From Dipteris shenzhenensis (Eukaryota), in the NCBI GenBank assembly GCA_047967505.1, contig CM106538.1: 64,000 nt of DNA. The stretch is one strand, 5' to 3'. A program made the translations under genes and the position numbers. Every line of letters starts with the position of its first letter. The stretch's first letter is position 1. The notes below the pieces were generated by a model that saw only the letters and a program-made list of their open reading frames with translations, had not been told where the DNA came from and did not search any database. This document shows positions 1 to 12,765 of the stretch, one piece after another.

Positions 1-1374
1 CATGTCTGCATCCAACGTAAACATCCTGCCCTTCTTCTTTCCTTTTGCTATCAAGCGACCATTATTTTTCATATCCTCAACAAAGCATCCATGAGGATTA
101 AATCTAACCTGCAAGCCCTGCTCAACCATTTGACCAACAAAAACCAGGTTCTTGGTGATGTTCGGGACATGAAATACATCAGACAAGTATTTCTTTTTCC
201 CATCCTGCATAGACAAAGGAATTTTGCCAATCTGCACAAGAGGATGTGCAGTATCATCACTAGTCTCCACAAATCCTGGTTTTTCCATTTTTCTTGCATC
301 CTGCATCCATTCAGCGTGACCTGTCATGTGGTTTGACGCACCCGAGTCAACATACCACACATCATTGCTTTCTTCTGCACTTGTTACAGAATTTGTCATA
401 TGCTGCACCATAAACAAATGCTCATTTCTGTCATCGCCTTGTCTACTAGAGGATGCATAATTGCCTTGCTGCAATTTTCCACTCATAATGTCATTCTGCT
501 TTTTGTAGCAGTCTTTAGCCATATGACCCATTTTGCCACAATAGTAGCATTCAACATTGCTGTTTGCATTTTGGCTTCTCTGCCATCCACCACGGCCTCT
601 TTGGCTCCCCCTGCCTCTAGAGTTACCACGTCCTCCTGCATAGGACTGGTTTTCTTGCGTTTGCTGCATATTCTGATTTCTACCACGGCCTGCAAATCGG
701 CCTCCTCTACCTCTGCCTCTACCTCTGCCAGCATTTGAGTAGAAGACAGTTTCTTTTGAAGTTCCTGCTGAAGAAGATGCACCCCCATTTCTCTGCTCTT
801 CAGAAATTAGAAGAGCAATCAACTCCTCAAAATCAGGAAAGTTTTCACGGACGGCAATGGATGTCCGGAAGTGTGCATAATCCTTTCCTAGACCATTCAA
901 GGTCACAGAAACCAAATCATCATCATCCACTGGCGACCCAATGGAAGCAAGTGCATCTGCAATTTTCTTCACTTTCATGTGGTAGTCATTTATGCTCAAA
1001 TTTTCTCTCTGCACATTGTGCAACTCCTGTTTGAGTTGCATTTTCCTGGCTTGAGTATTTGTGCTATACATTTTTGCCAAAGTATCCCATGCCTCCTTTG
1101 GTGTATTTGCATCCTGAATATGCACAATCATGGAGTCCGAAATACTGATAGACAGCCAGTACATAACTTTCCTGGCTCTCTCATGCCATCCTTTGAATGC
1201 CTGCATTTCCTGTTGACTGGGAACATTAGGAAGAACAGGTTCTTCTTCATTTCCTGTAATGAATTCCCAATAGCCTTTTCCCATCAAGAAATTCGTCATT
1301 CTAAACTTCCATGCCTGGAAGTTATTCTTGTCAAGCTTTTCAGTGACAATCTGTGAAAGAGAATCAGATGCCAT
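1..1374 (-). CDS. Ty1/copia gag-protease polyprotein, apparently open to the left window edge
   Basis: ATG at 1374 (MASDSLSQIVTEKLDKNNFQAWKFRM). UBN2-type gag, RGG-rich linker, zinc knuckle CYYCGKMGHMAKDC, protease WYVDSGASNHMT. My manual translation found no stop before base 1, which would explain its absence from the ORF track. Confidence 0.9.
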   Translation of the reverse strand, partial: MASDSLSQIVTEKLDKNNFQAWKFRMTNFLMGKGYWEFITGNEEEPVLPNVPSQQEMQAFKGWHERARKVMYWLSISISDSMIVHIQDANTPKEAWDTLAKMYSTNTQARKMQLKQELHNVQRENLSINDYHMKVKKIADALASIGSPVDDDDLVSVTLNGLGKDYAHFRTSIAVRENFPDFEELIALLISEEQRNGGASSSAGTSKETVFYSNAGRGRGRGRGGRFAGRGRNQNMQQTQENQSYAGGRGNSRGRGSQRGRGGWQRSQNANSNVECYYCGKMGHMAKDCYKKQNDIMSGKLQQGNYASSSRQGDDRNEHLFMVQHMTNSVTSAEESNDVWYVDSGASNHMTGHAEWMQDARKMEKPGFVETSDDTAHPLVQIGKIPLSMQDGKKKYLSDVFHVPNITKNLVFVGQMVEQGLQVRFNPHGCFVEDMKNNGRLIAKGKKKGRMFTLDADM

Positions 1375-1861
1375 TACAAAATACTGCAAAATATTCTGTC
1401 ACTGCAAAAAAACACAGCTTTTGCCTCACACGGGCAGATCTACAAAACTGACAAAAGTGGTATTTCACCACACAGTCACTTTCTAGTGACGATTTTGCAT
1501 CAACAGGCAACAGGCATGAATCTGCAACTCCCAATATCTCTGCACACAGGCATACGATGCGATTTCTGCGGCACCTTTCCACCGACTAGTCGCGCAGTGG
1601 TCGTACAGCAAAAAACAAGGCCTTTTTCTGAGTGCCTGCAAAAAACTTCCGCCTTCAAAACGGGCCCCGAAACGGCCTCAAATACTGCGCTCTCGCCACA
1701 CCGCGAAGGGCGTCTCAATCTGAAACAGTGCACTCCTGCACTTCTGGCTGTGCTACCTGCAGAGATTTGCTCCCAATCTCGAAATAGGAAAGCAACACTT
1801 GTCCTCTTACCAGGACAGCACGAACTTGGCTTGCTTTCTTGAGCTCCTTACCAGGAACAAG

Positions 1862-2160
1862 GCTCTGATACCATGTGAAGATTGTGGGAGAGAGGGAAGG
1901 AGTCTCACTTGCGGCTTTCTCACATGCACAATGGGGGAATACACACTAAGGTGGAGGCTGAAAACAATTTTCCTCTTCTTAGTTGTGTAAGCCAAAAGAA
2001 CACTCGTACAAAGAAATAGAAGAACCCTATATGTGGGTCTCAAACCAAACTCAACTAACTAAGGTGGCATACTAACTGAGCCACAAACTAGAGTAGATAA
2101 GGATAGCTATCATCCAGCTATTATTCGTGGGCGGTGTACCAACCGCATCTCCAGCTAACA
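1862..2160 (-). mobile_element. 5' LTR (1874-2160) and tRNA-iMet primer-binding site (1862-1873) of the copia element
   Basis: GCTCTGATACCA is the reverse complement of the canonical PBS TGGTATCAGAGC. The adjacent 287-bp segment is bounded TG...CA. The outer end is inferred from the terminal dinucleotide only. Confidence 0.8.
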
Positions 2161-3257
2161 AGTCGGTGACATAAGTACACAATGGTCACCCTGGCATATC
2201 TCGAGTGGAGCTCGATATCTCAACACATCATGGGTAAATGACTCATGTGAGAAATCTCTAAATATATGCATAGATTCCCTTTCACTCAATGTGCAATGTC
2301 CTACCCTATGGGATTCTTCTAATGTGGAATAAGCCATAATCCTACGGGGATTGTTAATATCTAAGTTTTCATGCGCATGAACACTTCTATAAGGATCTTT
2401 TATATCTTTATCTTCTTGAACATTTTTCTTGACAGTAGTTATTAATTGAGAAGCGCCTCTCAAGTACCCATATGGAAAACAATATAAGTTGTGTCATTTA
2501 TATATTAAACAAACTTTCAAATAAATTGTGTCAATTAAAATAAAGCAATCTAGGGGTGCAAGGATTATGTGTCTTCCTTAGTGCTCTTCATATCATTGCA
2601 AATTGCATTTATAGATATTTTGAACACATAAGAAAAGTTTAACATTCGATATAAAAAGACTATGCTAACAATAACAACTAATATCAAACTAATAAAGAGA
2701 AAATACAAATCATCAATTGTACCAAAAATAAATGTCAAATATTTCATATATCATCACTATCTTGTATCATTACCTCTAGTATGGTCTTCATCATCTAAAC
2801 TCCTTGGAGATGTTGGATGATGTTTCTTTGCTTCGTTGTATATTTGTTTTAGAAGCTCAACACTTGTTATTGGAGTTGCCTCGATGGATGCCTCACTTTT
2901 AGGAGTGTCTATTCCCATCCACACCGAGGGGGTTATAGGTGGTGGACTCGAATGCCACAAGGTGTCCTTGATATTGTACTGCAGAGGCTCGGCCATAGGT
3001 CTACATCCAATTGATGTCTGTTTGCAGACTTTTGGGCATCCAAACCCATGGCGTGAGTTCCTCGGGCTTTCCAATTTGCATCACTTCATCGTCTGTTGGG
3101 TAATTAAGGGACTCAGTGTGATGCATCACCAGACTTGAAAATTGAGGAAGATGGGATGGGCGGCTAAGGTCTAGAGATCGAAGGGGCAGAGAAGAGATAG
3201 AGTAGTGGGTTGGAGATCTAAAGAGAAGTATTTTTAGATATCAATGCTCCACTCTCG

Positions 3258-6095
3258 TGTAACTATGCAGGAGCCAGCTAATTCTACTTGTAAGCCCCCC
3301 ATATGAGGAGAAGGCATTTGAGTAGCTCGGTTATCCGGTAGGTCCTAGTTTGGACACCAGATGGGGGCCATGTGTGGCCTGATGGCTGGACGGCTTCAGA
3401 TAGAGTTGGCACACTGCCAACTAGGCTACATGCAAGTGTGGGAAGGCATCCCATGACTGACCGCACTGAGGGTAGATGGAGCATTTCCTGGGGCAACCCA
3501 CTCTTGGGTTGCGGGGCCCGTTTGGAGCCCCAGATGATCCTGGATGGCTCTGGGCCGAATGGAGATCGTAGGCTAGTTGCTCTATTCTACGCCACAGTTC
3601 TAACGTGTGGTCGGTGGCCTATTTTGGGACCAACCTCCAGTCGGCTGTTTTGGGCCGACTGGGTCGGTCTCCCAATTGGGTCTAACCGACTACGACTAGT
3701 GGCTATATAAGAGCAAGCTCGTGAAGCCCATATTTATCACTGGCTATAGCAACCCATATTCCTTAGCATCCAGCCTCCGTCCTCTACTATTTCCAGCATG
3801 CCATCAAAGCTTCACACACAGGAGTGCACGGTTGGGAGGCAGTGCCATCTATTGTATCAGTTTTACAGTAATCAAATTTTTTATTCTCCATACTATCTGC
3901 TTTTCTCTCTTGCATACGAGATCCTATTATTTGTTGAGCACAGACGTTGTATTGTTTTCTTACATGGTATCAAAGCTTGGGCTCTAGCAAGAAGATTTGG
4001 TAGTGTGTTTCTATTTGCGAGCAGATTGTGAGAGATGGCCCAGCCCATAAGACTATAAATCCCACCGTTCGACGAAAGCGAAAAGTTGGACGGCACTAAC
4101 TATCCACTCTGGAAGTTCAAGATGAAGACCATCCTAAGCGCATATGAGCTTTGGGATACTGCTACTGGGGTGGACGTGAAGCTGATTGCAAGAATCTAGC
4201 CAATGCAGGACAACAGATAGTACCAACTCGGGTCAGATTCTCGCGTGGACAAGAAGAAATGCAGATACACTGTGTTCTATTGTCTGTAGTGTAAGTGATT
4301 CTATCATGGCATTAATTCAACATATCACCATAGCGGAGGAGGCATGGACAGTCTTGAAAAATCAATACAAGACCACGAATCAAATGCGGATTCAGAATCT
4401 GGAGACTCAACTCACAAACGAGAAACTTTCTGAGTCTAAAACGGCAGAGAAGTTCATCACCAGGGTGAAGAATCTGCGCGATCAGATGACTGCGATTAGC
4501 ATCACCATCACCAACGAGAATCTAGCACGAAGGTGCATACGGATTCTCCATCCAAAGTACGATGGTCTTGTTATGGCACTGAATACAGAGAAGAGAAATC
4601 CACCCCTCAACTTTGAGGATTTCAGCGCAATGCTTCTAGAGGAGGAGATGCGTCAAAAGATGAGGACTAGAGAAGATTCGGCTTTCTCGGCTGGATCAAA
4701 GAAAGGTAAGGGTAAGGACTCTGGTAACCCATCTTCTTCTGATGATAAAAAGAGAAAGAAGAAGATCAAGTGCTTCTATTGCAACAAGGTAAGGCACAAG
4801 CATAATGAGTGCCAGAAGAAGATTGCAGATGAGAAGAACCGAGTAAAGAAAGAGTCCAGCAACAACGCGCAGGTAGTACCAGTAGAGCTGTTCATAGCAA
4901 TTGAGGAGATTTGCACGGAGGCAATTCATGTACCTGTGGATGAACCTTGGATTATTGAAAGTGGTGCATCGTGCCACATGACTAGTCGGAAGGATTGGTA
5001 TACCTCTCTACATCCGGTAGGGAATGACATCCTGGTAGCAGTCAGAAATGATGCAAAATGTCCAGCAAAAGAAAAAGGTACGATTGCATGTCAAATGGAG
5101 TTGTAAAATAGTTATCCCCGATGTTCTTTATGTGCTAGATATCAAAAGGAACTTGTTGTCCATTTCTGCGATCACGGATCGGGACCTCAAAGTTCACTTC
5201 GATAAGAATGGTGCACAGATTTTGGATCTTCAAGGGAAGGTCATTGGTAAAGGTACATGGCGCAACAACATCTACAAACTCTCAGCTTTTAGTGCTCGAG
5301 CCAATGTGAGCAACACTAAGCTGTGGCATGAGAGGTTTGGTCATCTAAACCTTAGTTCTTTAAAGGAGGTGCATAAAAGTGGAATGATTACAGACCTACC
5401 AGAAATTATAGATGTGCCCGATGTATGTGAAGCTTGCATGATGGGCAAGCAGCATCGGCAGCCCTTTCCTAAAGAGGCCAGCAGGGCAAAGGCTCCTCTA
5501 GAGCTCGTTCACACGGACCTCTGCAGAAAGATGGAGACGGAAGCTTTGGGTGGTTCCTATGACTTCATGATGCTGATCGACAACTACAATAGAAGGATAT
5601 GGATATACTTCCTGAAGACTAAAGATGAGGCTTTTAGTAAGTTCAAAGAATGGCATGTAATGGTCGAGAAAGAAACGGGGAGGAAGGTGAAGAAGTTGAG
5701 ATCAGACAGAGGTGGTGGGTTCACATCAAGTGAATTCAAAAGTTACTGCAAAAGTCACGGGATGAAAAGGCAGAAACCCCCGCCACATACATCACAGCAA
5801 AATGGAGTAGCAGAGTGCAAGATGCGCGTCATCTATGAAATGGGTAGGAGTATGATAAAAGGGAAAGATTTGCCAAAGACTTTCTGGGCATGTAACACGG
5901 TAGTTTACATTCTGAATCATAGCTACACGAAGGCTGTGAACAGGATGACTCCACTGCAGGCCTTTTCTGGTAAGAAACCTTCAGCTGCACATTTCAGAGT
6001 TTTTGGATGTGACTGTTTTGTGCATGTCCCTAATGCTAACAGGACCAAATGGGAACCCCAAAGAGCCGGAAGTGTATTTTCTTGGGCTACAGTGA
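3258..6095 (+). mobile_element. Decayed Ty1/copia element: LTR, PBS, gag-protease-integrase, truncated after integrase
   Basis: LTR ends CA at 3964 and PBS TGGTATCAAAGC is at 3965-3976. TATA-like motif near 3704. Motifs CFYCNKVRHKHNEC, WIIESGASCHMT, LWHERFGHLN, CEACMMGKQHR, LRSDRGGGF, QQNGVAE. Stops and frameshifts are present. The LTR start at 3258 is a guess. Confidence 0.88.
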
Positions 6096-6099
6096 AGAG

Positions 6100-6700
6100 G
6101 CAAAGTGAAAGGGAGGGGGTTAATATGGAGGGAAGGAGTAAGCTAGTCAAGGGAGTCAGGGAGGTGAAAAACGAGGAGCCTGATGAAGCAGAAGCGGGAG
6201 GGACAGTGGGTGCGCAGTTGGAGGAAGGCAGACCGCAATGCAAGGAGCAAAGCTAAGAGAAGGCAGCACGTATGAGAAATAGGGGGGTATTTAGAGTTTA
6301 ATAAATATGGAGGAGTAGGGGGAATAGGGGGGATAGAGGAAGATAGGGGAACGTAGGAAAGATAGGTAATAATTAAGGGAACATTAGGGGAATATAGGGA
6401 AATGAATCAATAGGGATAAATAGGAGAATATGAAAATTAGGAACTAGGAGAAATAGGGAATTTAGAAAAATAGGAAAATTAGGAAATTGGGGAGATTAGG
6501 GAGATAGGAAAGTAGGAAATTAGGAAAAATAGGAAAATATGGTGATTAAAGAAAAGAAAGGAAAATAGGAAAAATAGGAATAGGGAAAAATGACAAAGGG
6601 GGGTGGGAAAATTAGGGGAAAATAGGGAGTGTTAATGAGAGAAAGGAAAAAGAGTGTGAATGAAAGGGGGGAAGGGGGGGGGGGATTTTTTTTTAAGGAA

Positions 6701-6746
<46 letters not shown>

Positions 6747-6830
6747 TGGAGGGGAATGCAAGAAAGGAGGGAGCTAGGGAGGCTAAATAGCAATGGCGAT
6801 GAAGAAAGAGCAAAAAAATATTAGGATAGA
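6100..6830 (+). repeat. Purine-rich low-complexity tract (TAGGAAAA-like units) with (GT)n
   Basis: Strong G/A strand skew. A similar tract occurs in the opposite orientation at ~52080-54050. Confidence 0.6.
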
Positions 6831-6839
6831 CACGGAGAG

Positions 6840-7075
6840 GGAAAAACTGAACTAAGAACCATTTTTACAAAAGATATTAGAGGGGAGAGAGAGAGAGAGA
6901 GAGAGAAGCAATGATTTTTCTATCTATATAATAAAGCTACATTTGCATCAGTTAAGACAAGCTACATGTTTTGAAATAATCAATTTTTGATCTTATAATT
7001 CGTAGATGTTTAGGTTATTGGGAGGGAAATTTGAACTAAGAACCTTTTAGTAAAAGATAATGGAGGAGAGACAAA

Positions 7076-7111
<36 letters not shown>

Positions 7112-7124
7112 CAGAGACAGAGAT

Positions 7125-7198
<74 letters not shown>

Positions 7199-7417
7199 TA
7201 TAACGGTGACCTGAATTGAAATACGTTTTCAAAATCATCGAGAACATTCTGATCCTATAATTCGTGGACACTTGGATTCTTGGGAGTGGGAAACTAAACT
7301 ATGAGCCCTTGAATATTGTTGTCTTATTTCTTTTTTACCAATTTCCCTTGCTTTCTATTTGGAATTCTTTGCTTCCTTAGGACACATTGTGTGTGTGTGC
7401 ACATGCATGCGCACGCG

Positions 7418-7495
<78 letters not shown>

Positions 7496-7648
7496 TGCGT
7501 GTGTGTGTGTGTGTGTGTTTGCATCATTGAAGACAAGCTACATTTTTGGAATCATCAAAACCATTCTAATCTTATAATTCGTGGACACTGCTACTATAAT
7601 GGGAGGGGAAATTTGATTTAGGAACCATATTTTTCAAAAGATAATGGA

Positions 7649-7684
<36 letters not shown>

Positions 7685-8446
7685 ACAATTGATTTATCTA
7701 TCTATATGTTGAAGCTACATTTGCATCGTTTAAAACAAGCTACATTTTTCAAATCATCGAAACCACATTGTCCTTAAAATTTGTGGATGCTACTGCTATA
7801 TTGGGAGGCAAAAATTGAACTCATTGAAACCTCTCTAATCTTATAATTTGTGGACGGTGCTGTTGTATTGGGAGGGGGAAACTAATTTAAGAACCATATT
7901 TTTCAAAAGATAATGGAGGTGAGAGAGAGAGAGAGAGAGAGAATGGTGGCAAGAAGTGAAATAAGTTAGTCTATTAGTTAGAGAAGATTTAAATGGTTCT
8001 AAGGAGTTTAGATTAGATGATTTAGCATTTACTTACATAGAAGGGTAGCTCTATGTTTAGATTATATATTTACTTACATAGAGAGAGAGAGAGAGGACAA
8101 GCTACATGTTTGGATGATGCTACTTGAATGGGAGGGGAAATTTGATTTAAGAACCATATTTTTTCAAAAGATAATGGAGGCGAGAGAGAGAGACAGAGAG
8201 AGACACACACACAGCACAGATGGATTTATCTATCTATATGTTGAAGCTACATTTGCATCATTTAAGACAAGCTACATTTTTCAAATCATCGAAACGATTC
8301 TGATCTTATTATTTGTGGATGCTGCTGCTATATTGGGAGGCGAAAACTAAACTCATTGAAAACTCTCTAATCTTATAATTCGTGGACGTTGCTGCTGTAT
8401 TGGGAGGGAGAAACTGATTTAAGAACCATATTTTGAAATGATAATG

Positions 8447-8490
<44 letters not shown>

Positions 8491-8825
8491 TGGTGGCCAG
8501 AAGTGAAATAAGTTAGTCTATTAGTTAAAGAAGATTTAAATGTTTCTAAGGAGTTTAAATTAGATGTTTTAGCATTTACTTACATAGAAGGGTAGCTCTA
8601 TGTTTAGATTATATATTTACTTACATAGAGGGAGAGAGAGAGAGAGACATGTACGGTTCGCTTAGCTTTACTTTTTTTTTGGGGTTGTTTTTCTTGCAAG
8701 TGCTTCAATTTAATGTTGGACTAGCACTAGCTTCTCTTCACAACTTTTGTTTACCCAGGTAGGTGATTACTTTTTTTCCAATTGCCCTTGCTTTCTATTT
8801 GGAATTATTTGCTTCCTTAGGACAC

Positions 8826-8868
<43 letters not shown>

Positions 8869-9290
8869 ATCGTTTAAGACAAGCTACATTTTTAAAATCA
8901 TTGAAACCATTCCGATCTTATAATTCATGAATTCTTTGCTTCCTTAGGACACATTGTGTGTGTGTGTGTTTGCATCGTTTAAGACAAGCTACATTTTCAA
9001 AATCATTGAAACCATTCCGATGTTATAATTCGTGGACACTTAGATTCTTGGGAGAGGAAAACTGAACTAAGAACCATTTTTTCAAAAAGATAATGGAGGC
9101 AAGAGACACACACACACACACAAAGAAATCTTATAATTCGTGGATGATGCTGCTGTATTGGGAGGCAAAAACTAAACTCATTGAAACCTCTCTAATCTTA
9201 TAATTCGTGGAGGCTGCTTCTATTTTGGGAGGGGAAAACTGATTTAAGAACCATATTTTTCGAAAGATAATGGAGGCAAGAGAGAGAGAC

Positions 9291-9346
<56 letters not shown>

Positions 9347-9580
9347 TGGTGGCCGAAAGTGAAATAAGTTAGTCTATTATAGTTAGAGAAGATTTAAATG
9401 GTTCTAAGGAGTTTAGATTAGATGTTTTAGCATTTATTTACATAGATGGGTGGTGGGAGAGACAGAGACAGAGACAGAGAGACAGAGATAGAGACAGAGA
9501 CAAAGACAAAGAGAGAGAGAGAGAGAGAGAGAGAGTATATCAATGGATTTATCTATCTATATGTTGAAGCCAATTTTGCA
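6840..9580 (+). repeat. Degenerate composite tandem array interleaved with (GA)n/(GT)n microsatellites
   Basis: Recurring core GCATCGTTTAAGACAAGCTACATTTTTCAAATCATCGAAACC...TCTTATAATTCGTGGA...TTGGGAGGGGAAAACTGATTTAAGAACCATATTTTTCAAAAGATAATGGAGG followed by (GA)n. Confidence 0.9.
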
Positions 9581-9919
9581 TCATGGAGGTTTCCACATAT
9601 GTTTGTCAAACCATTTATGTAGACTTCGATTCCAACTGACTAAATAAGGAATAAGGACATGCAAAATCAGTTGCCTCAATTGTGAGCCTCATATTATTCT
9701 TTGGCATTATGTGGCCCCATTGAGTTGACCTGACACAGATTTTTCCCCTGTAGCAAGACTTTAGTGCAGTATTATTTGCAACATATAAAAAGAGATGGAT
9801 AGAGAGAGAGACAGACAGACAAACAGACAGACAGACAAACAGAGAGAGAGGGAGAGAGGGAGGGAGGGAGAGAGGGAGAGAGAGAGAGAGAGAGGTAGAG
9901 AGAGAGAGGGGACGAAAAA

Positions 9920-10545
9920 AATGTAATGGTAGGCCAGAAGTGAAATAAGTTAGTGTATTAGTTAGAGACATGGCCATGATGTGTTTGGACCAATAATCAT
10001 TAAAGGTAATTGTATCTTTCCTAGGAGCATCTTGATGAGCTGGCAGTACGTCTAGAGATAATAAGCTGGTACCCTCTGCCCTAAGTGATCTAATCTAACC
10101 TCCTTTTTGAGAAGTTAGCCTTGCTTCTCAAGGAGAGTAAAAGATTATGTTTCATGTCATGTGCAGTATAGCCATGAGAACTAAGCTCAAGAGGTGAGGC
10201 AATTGGATGATAGGTGGGGCTACACACACACACACACAGAGGGAGGGAGAGGGAGAGAGGGAAAATATAATGGTGGCCAGAAGTGAAATAAGTTAGTGTA
10301 TTAGTTAGAGACAAGTCCATGATGTGGTTGGATAAGTAAGCTCCAAAGTTAATTGTATCTTTCCCAGGAGCACCTTGATGAGCAGCCAGTATGTCTAGAG
10401 ACAAGCTTGCACCCTTGCCCTAAGTGATCAAATCTAACCTCTCAACGAGAGTAAAGGATTATGTATGTTTCATGTCATGTGCACTATAGCCATGAGAACT
10501 AACCTCCAGAGGTGAGGCGATTGGATATTAGGTGAAGCTACATCT
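9920..10545. repeat. Tandem duplication of a ~300-bp unit (~9920-10222 and ~10262-10543)
   Basis: Shared TAATGGT.GCCAGAAGTGAAATAAGTTAGTGTATTAGTTAGAGACA...TAGCCATGAGAACTAA...AGAGGTGAGGC.ATTGGAT. Confidence 0.8.
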
Positions 10546-10734
10546 CGAGAGAGTTTCCTCTACTTTTGAATCAAAGGCTATAGCCATTTGCTTTGCAATT
10601 AGAATTTCCATTCTGACACACCCCATGATGTCTACCTCCTTCTACCACATCCTTAGGCACTCTAAGCCAATTGGATGATGATGAACCTACCACCTGTGAA
10701 CTTGAGAAGGCATCTAAGCATTATGTTTTAATAG

Positions 10735-11165
10735 GTTGGCTTAGCTTGATTCACAAGGATCTAAAGCCATTAAACATATTGCTTGGTGATGATCATAGGA
10801 CTAAGGTCTCAGATTTAGGGTTGGTAAAGCTCGCACCTAAAGGTAACAAATGCCATGGAGTGGGTAGGGGAGGCTAATGCATGGCAAGGGGAGGATAGGG
10901 GGATTTGATTTTTGAAATAGACACTAGAGCCATGTGCCTTGCATGTGGATTTTTCCTTTTAACATGCTAGTATGATTTCTACTTCCTACCACCATATCCT
11001 TGGTCACAGTAAGCAACTTACTGCCTTTGAATTGGAAAATATTTGCACGAGTTTGCTTGGCAAGAGCTCATTCACAAATATCTCAAGCCATCCACCTTGA
11101 TTCCAAATTATTTACCGAGAGGAGATGGGCTAGAATCTTTGGGTATCTACCTCCTAAATACATTG
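10735..11165 (+). pseudogene. Fragment of a TMK-like receptor kinase catalytic domain (subdomains VIb-VIII), interrupted
   Basis: [33 protein letters not shown] ... RWARIFGYLPPKYI|GT resembles the TMK-family consensus IHRDLKPSNILLGDD.RAKV.DFGLV.LAP.G...RLAGTFGYLAPEYA. HRD, DFG and APE are all mutated. Confidence 0.75.
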
Positions 11166-12765
11166 GTATGCTTGCTTTTGATTTGTGGCAATCATGCCAA
11201 TTGATTTCTACTCATGTTAGTTCTATGGAATCTGTGTAATCCACTTATACAATTGAGTTAATACATACCTGAAAAGATTTTTGTATTTTGTTTTGGATGC
11301 AGCTCTTCTACCATTGTTCCAAATCTTGGGGAGTCGGGTTTCCATGTGCGACAAAGCCTTCATGCAATGAAGCGAGCTACAAGAGTGGAGGGCTCTGCAA
11401 TTTCTGACATTGTGTTGTCATCTTTTCGTGAGCCACATGGCTTCGTGCGACAAATCCAGTTGTTGTAAGGGCGTAGACTACAACCCATGGAGCAAATTAG
11501 GGTCCCAAGTTGCCTTCAAAGTGTTTTAAGTCTAGCCGTGAACGTTGCACTGCTAATATAATGAAATGACTTAGAAGGGGGAGAGCTTCAACCCATGCAA
11601 CCAAGCGTTCAAGTCATTACAATCTTTTAAAGTCCATTCAAGCCATGTGCAAGCATAATAAGGATGCATGTGCCATGAACACATGGTATTTGGCCTCTTT
11701 ATGGGGAGAAATCCATTGAGACGGTGGTGCAGTAATAGCACAGGGCATGGGAGAATTCCCTAGAACTCTCATTGCAAGAATTTCTCAAATTGAGAATAGC
11801 GTGAAGGACTCTAATCAATGGATGCAGTAGATTTTGGGGAGGGTGGAGAAGGGGCAGTTGTATGTGAGAATGGGTGTAGACTACAAGTTGATAAGCTGAA
11901 AAAACAAGTTCAGCTACTACTGTCCACTGAGGTGTCAATGTTCAAAGTTGGTTTAAATAGGCTAACTGCTTTCATGACTAGGATGAGCCATAAACTAGAG
12001 AAGTTCGCAACCCATGACAATTAAGAGACTCCTGAGACTTTTATGTCACCTTTTGTACTGGAACCCCAATTGCTTCTATGGGATTCTTGTACTTGGGTTG
12101 CCCTTATGTTATTTGGCAGGACAAGTTTTTTGTAAAGGATTATATTTAGTTTTATTTATGGAAATAATCTATTTTTGCTTCTTACTTGACGTATATATGG
12201 AAATGGAAGCTAATTTAATTCAATATTTGAATTGTGCATTGTTCCTTCCCATTTTTGTTTTGTTTGAGATATACTCAAATATTTGTAATTTTTTGCATCA
12301 TGTATTCGCATAAATGCTTATGCAATGCTTATACATTTTTATTTGAAAATATTCATTCATATACACATCGTTTCTTGAGATGGTCAACTTTGAGTTTTTA
12401 GATATGTTAGCTTTGGTTTTTGTGGTTCAAATGATGGTTGCACATATGGTATTGTATTTTGCTCATATGTTGAAAAAATATGAGCATTACTCTTACCAAA
12501 AGATAGTGACACACTGAATCTTGGTCATGGGACACTATGAGTTCAATGCATAGATGGTAAGCTCTCAATTTTAGATAGATGGGAAAAGGATGGCTTTGTT
12601 AATTAACCTTGCTTCTTGCTTTTCTAAATTATTTTCTTCCTTAGGGCACGTTGGTTGAGATCCATCAATTTTGTCATGGTTAGGGATGATGCATGGGTTA
12701 TTTGATTAAGCTATTTTTCCCTTTGAGCAATAGATCTTTATGTAGTTGGTTGATGGATACAGAAG

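Noticed and set aside
6840-9580. CRISPR-like repeat/spacer array
   Set aside because: Units are long and degenerate, the spacers are microsatellites, there are no cas genes, and the context is eukaryotic.
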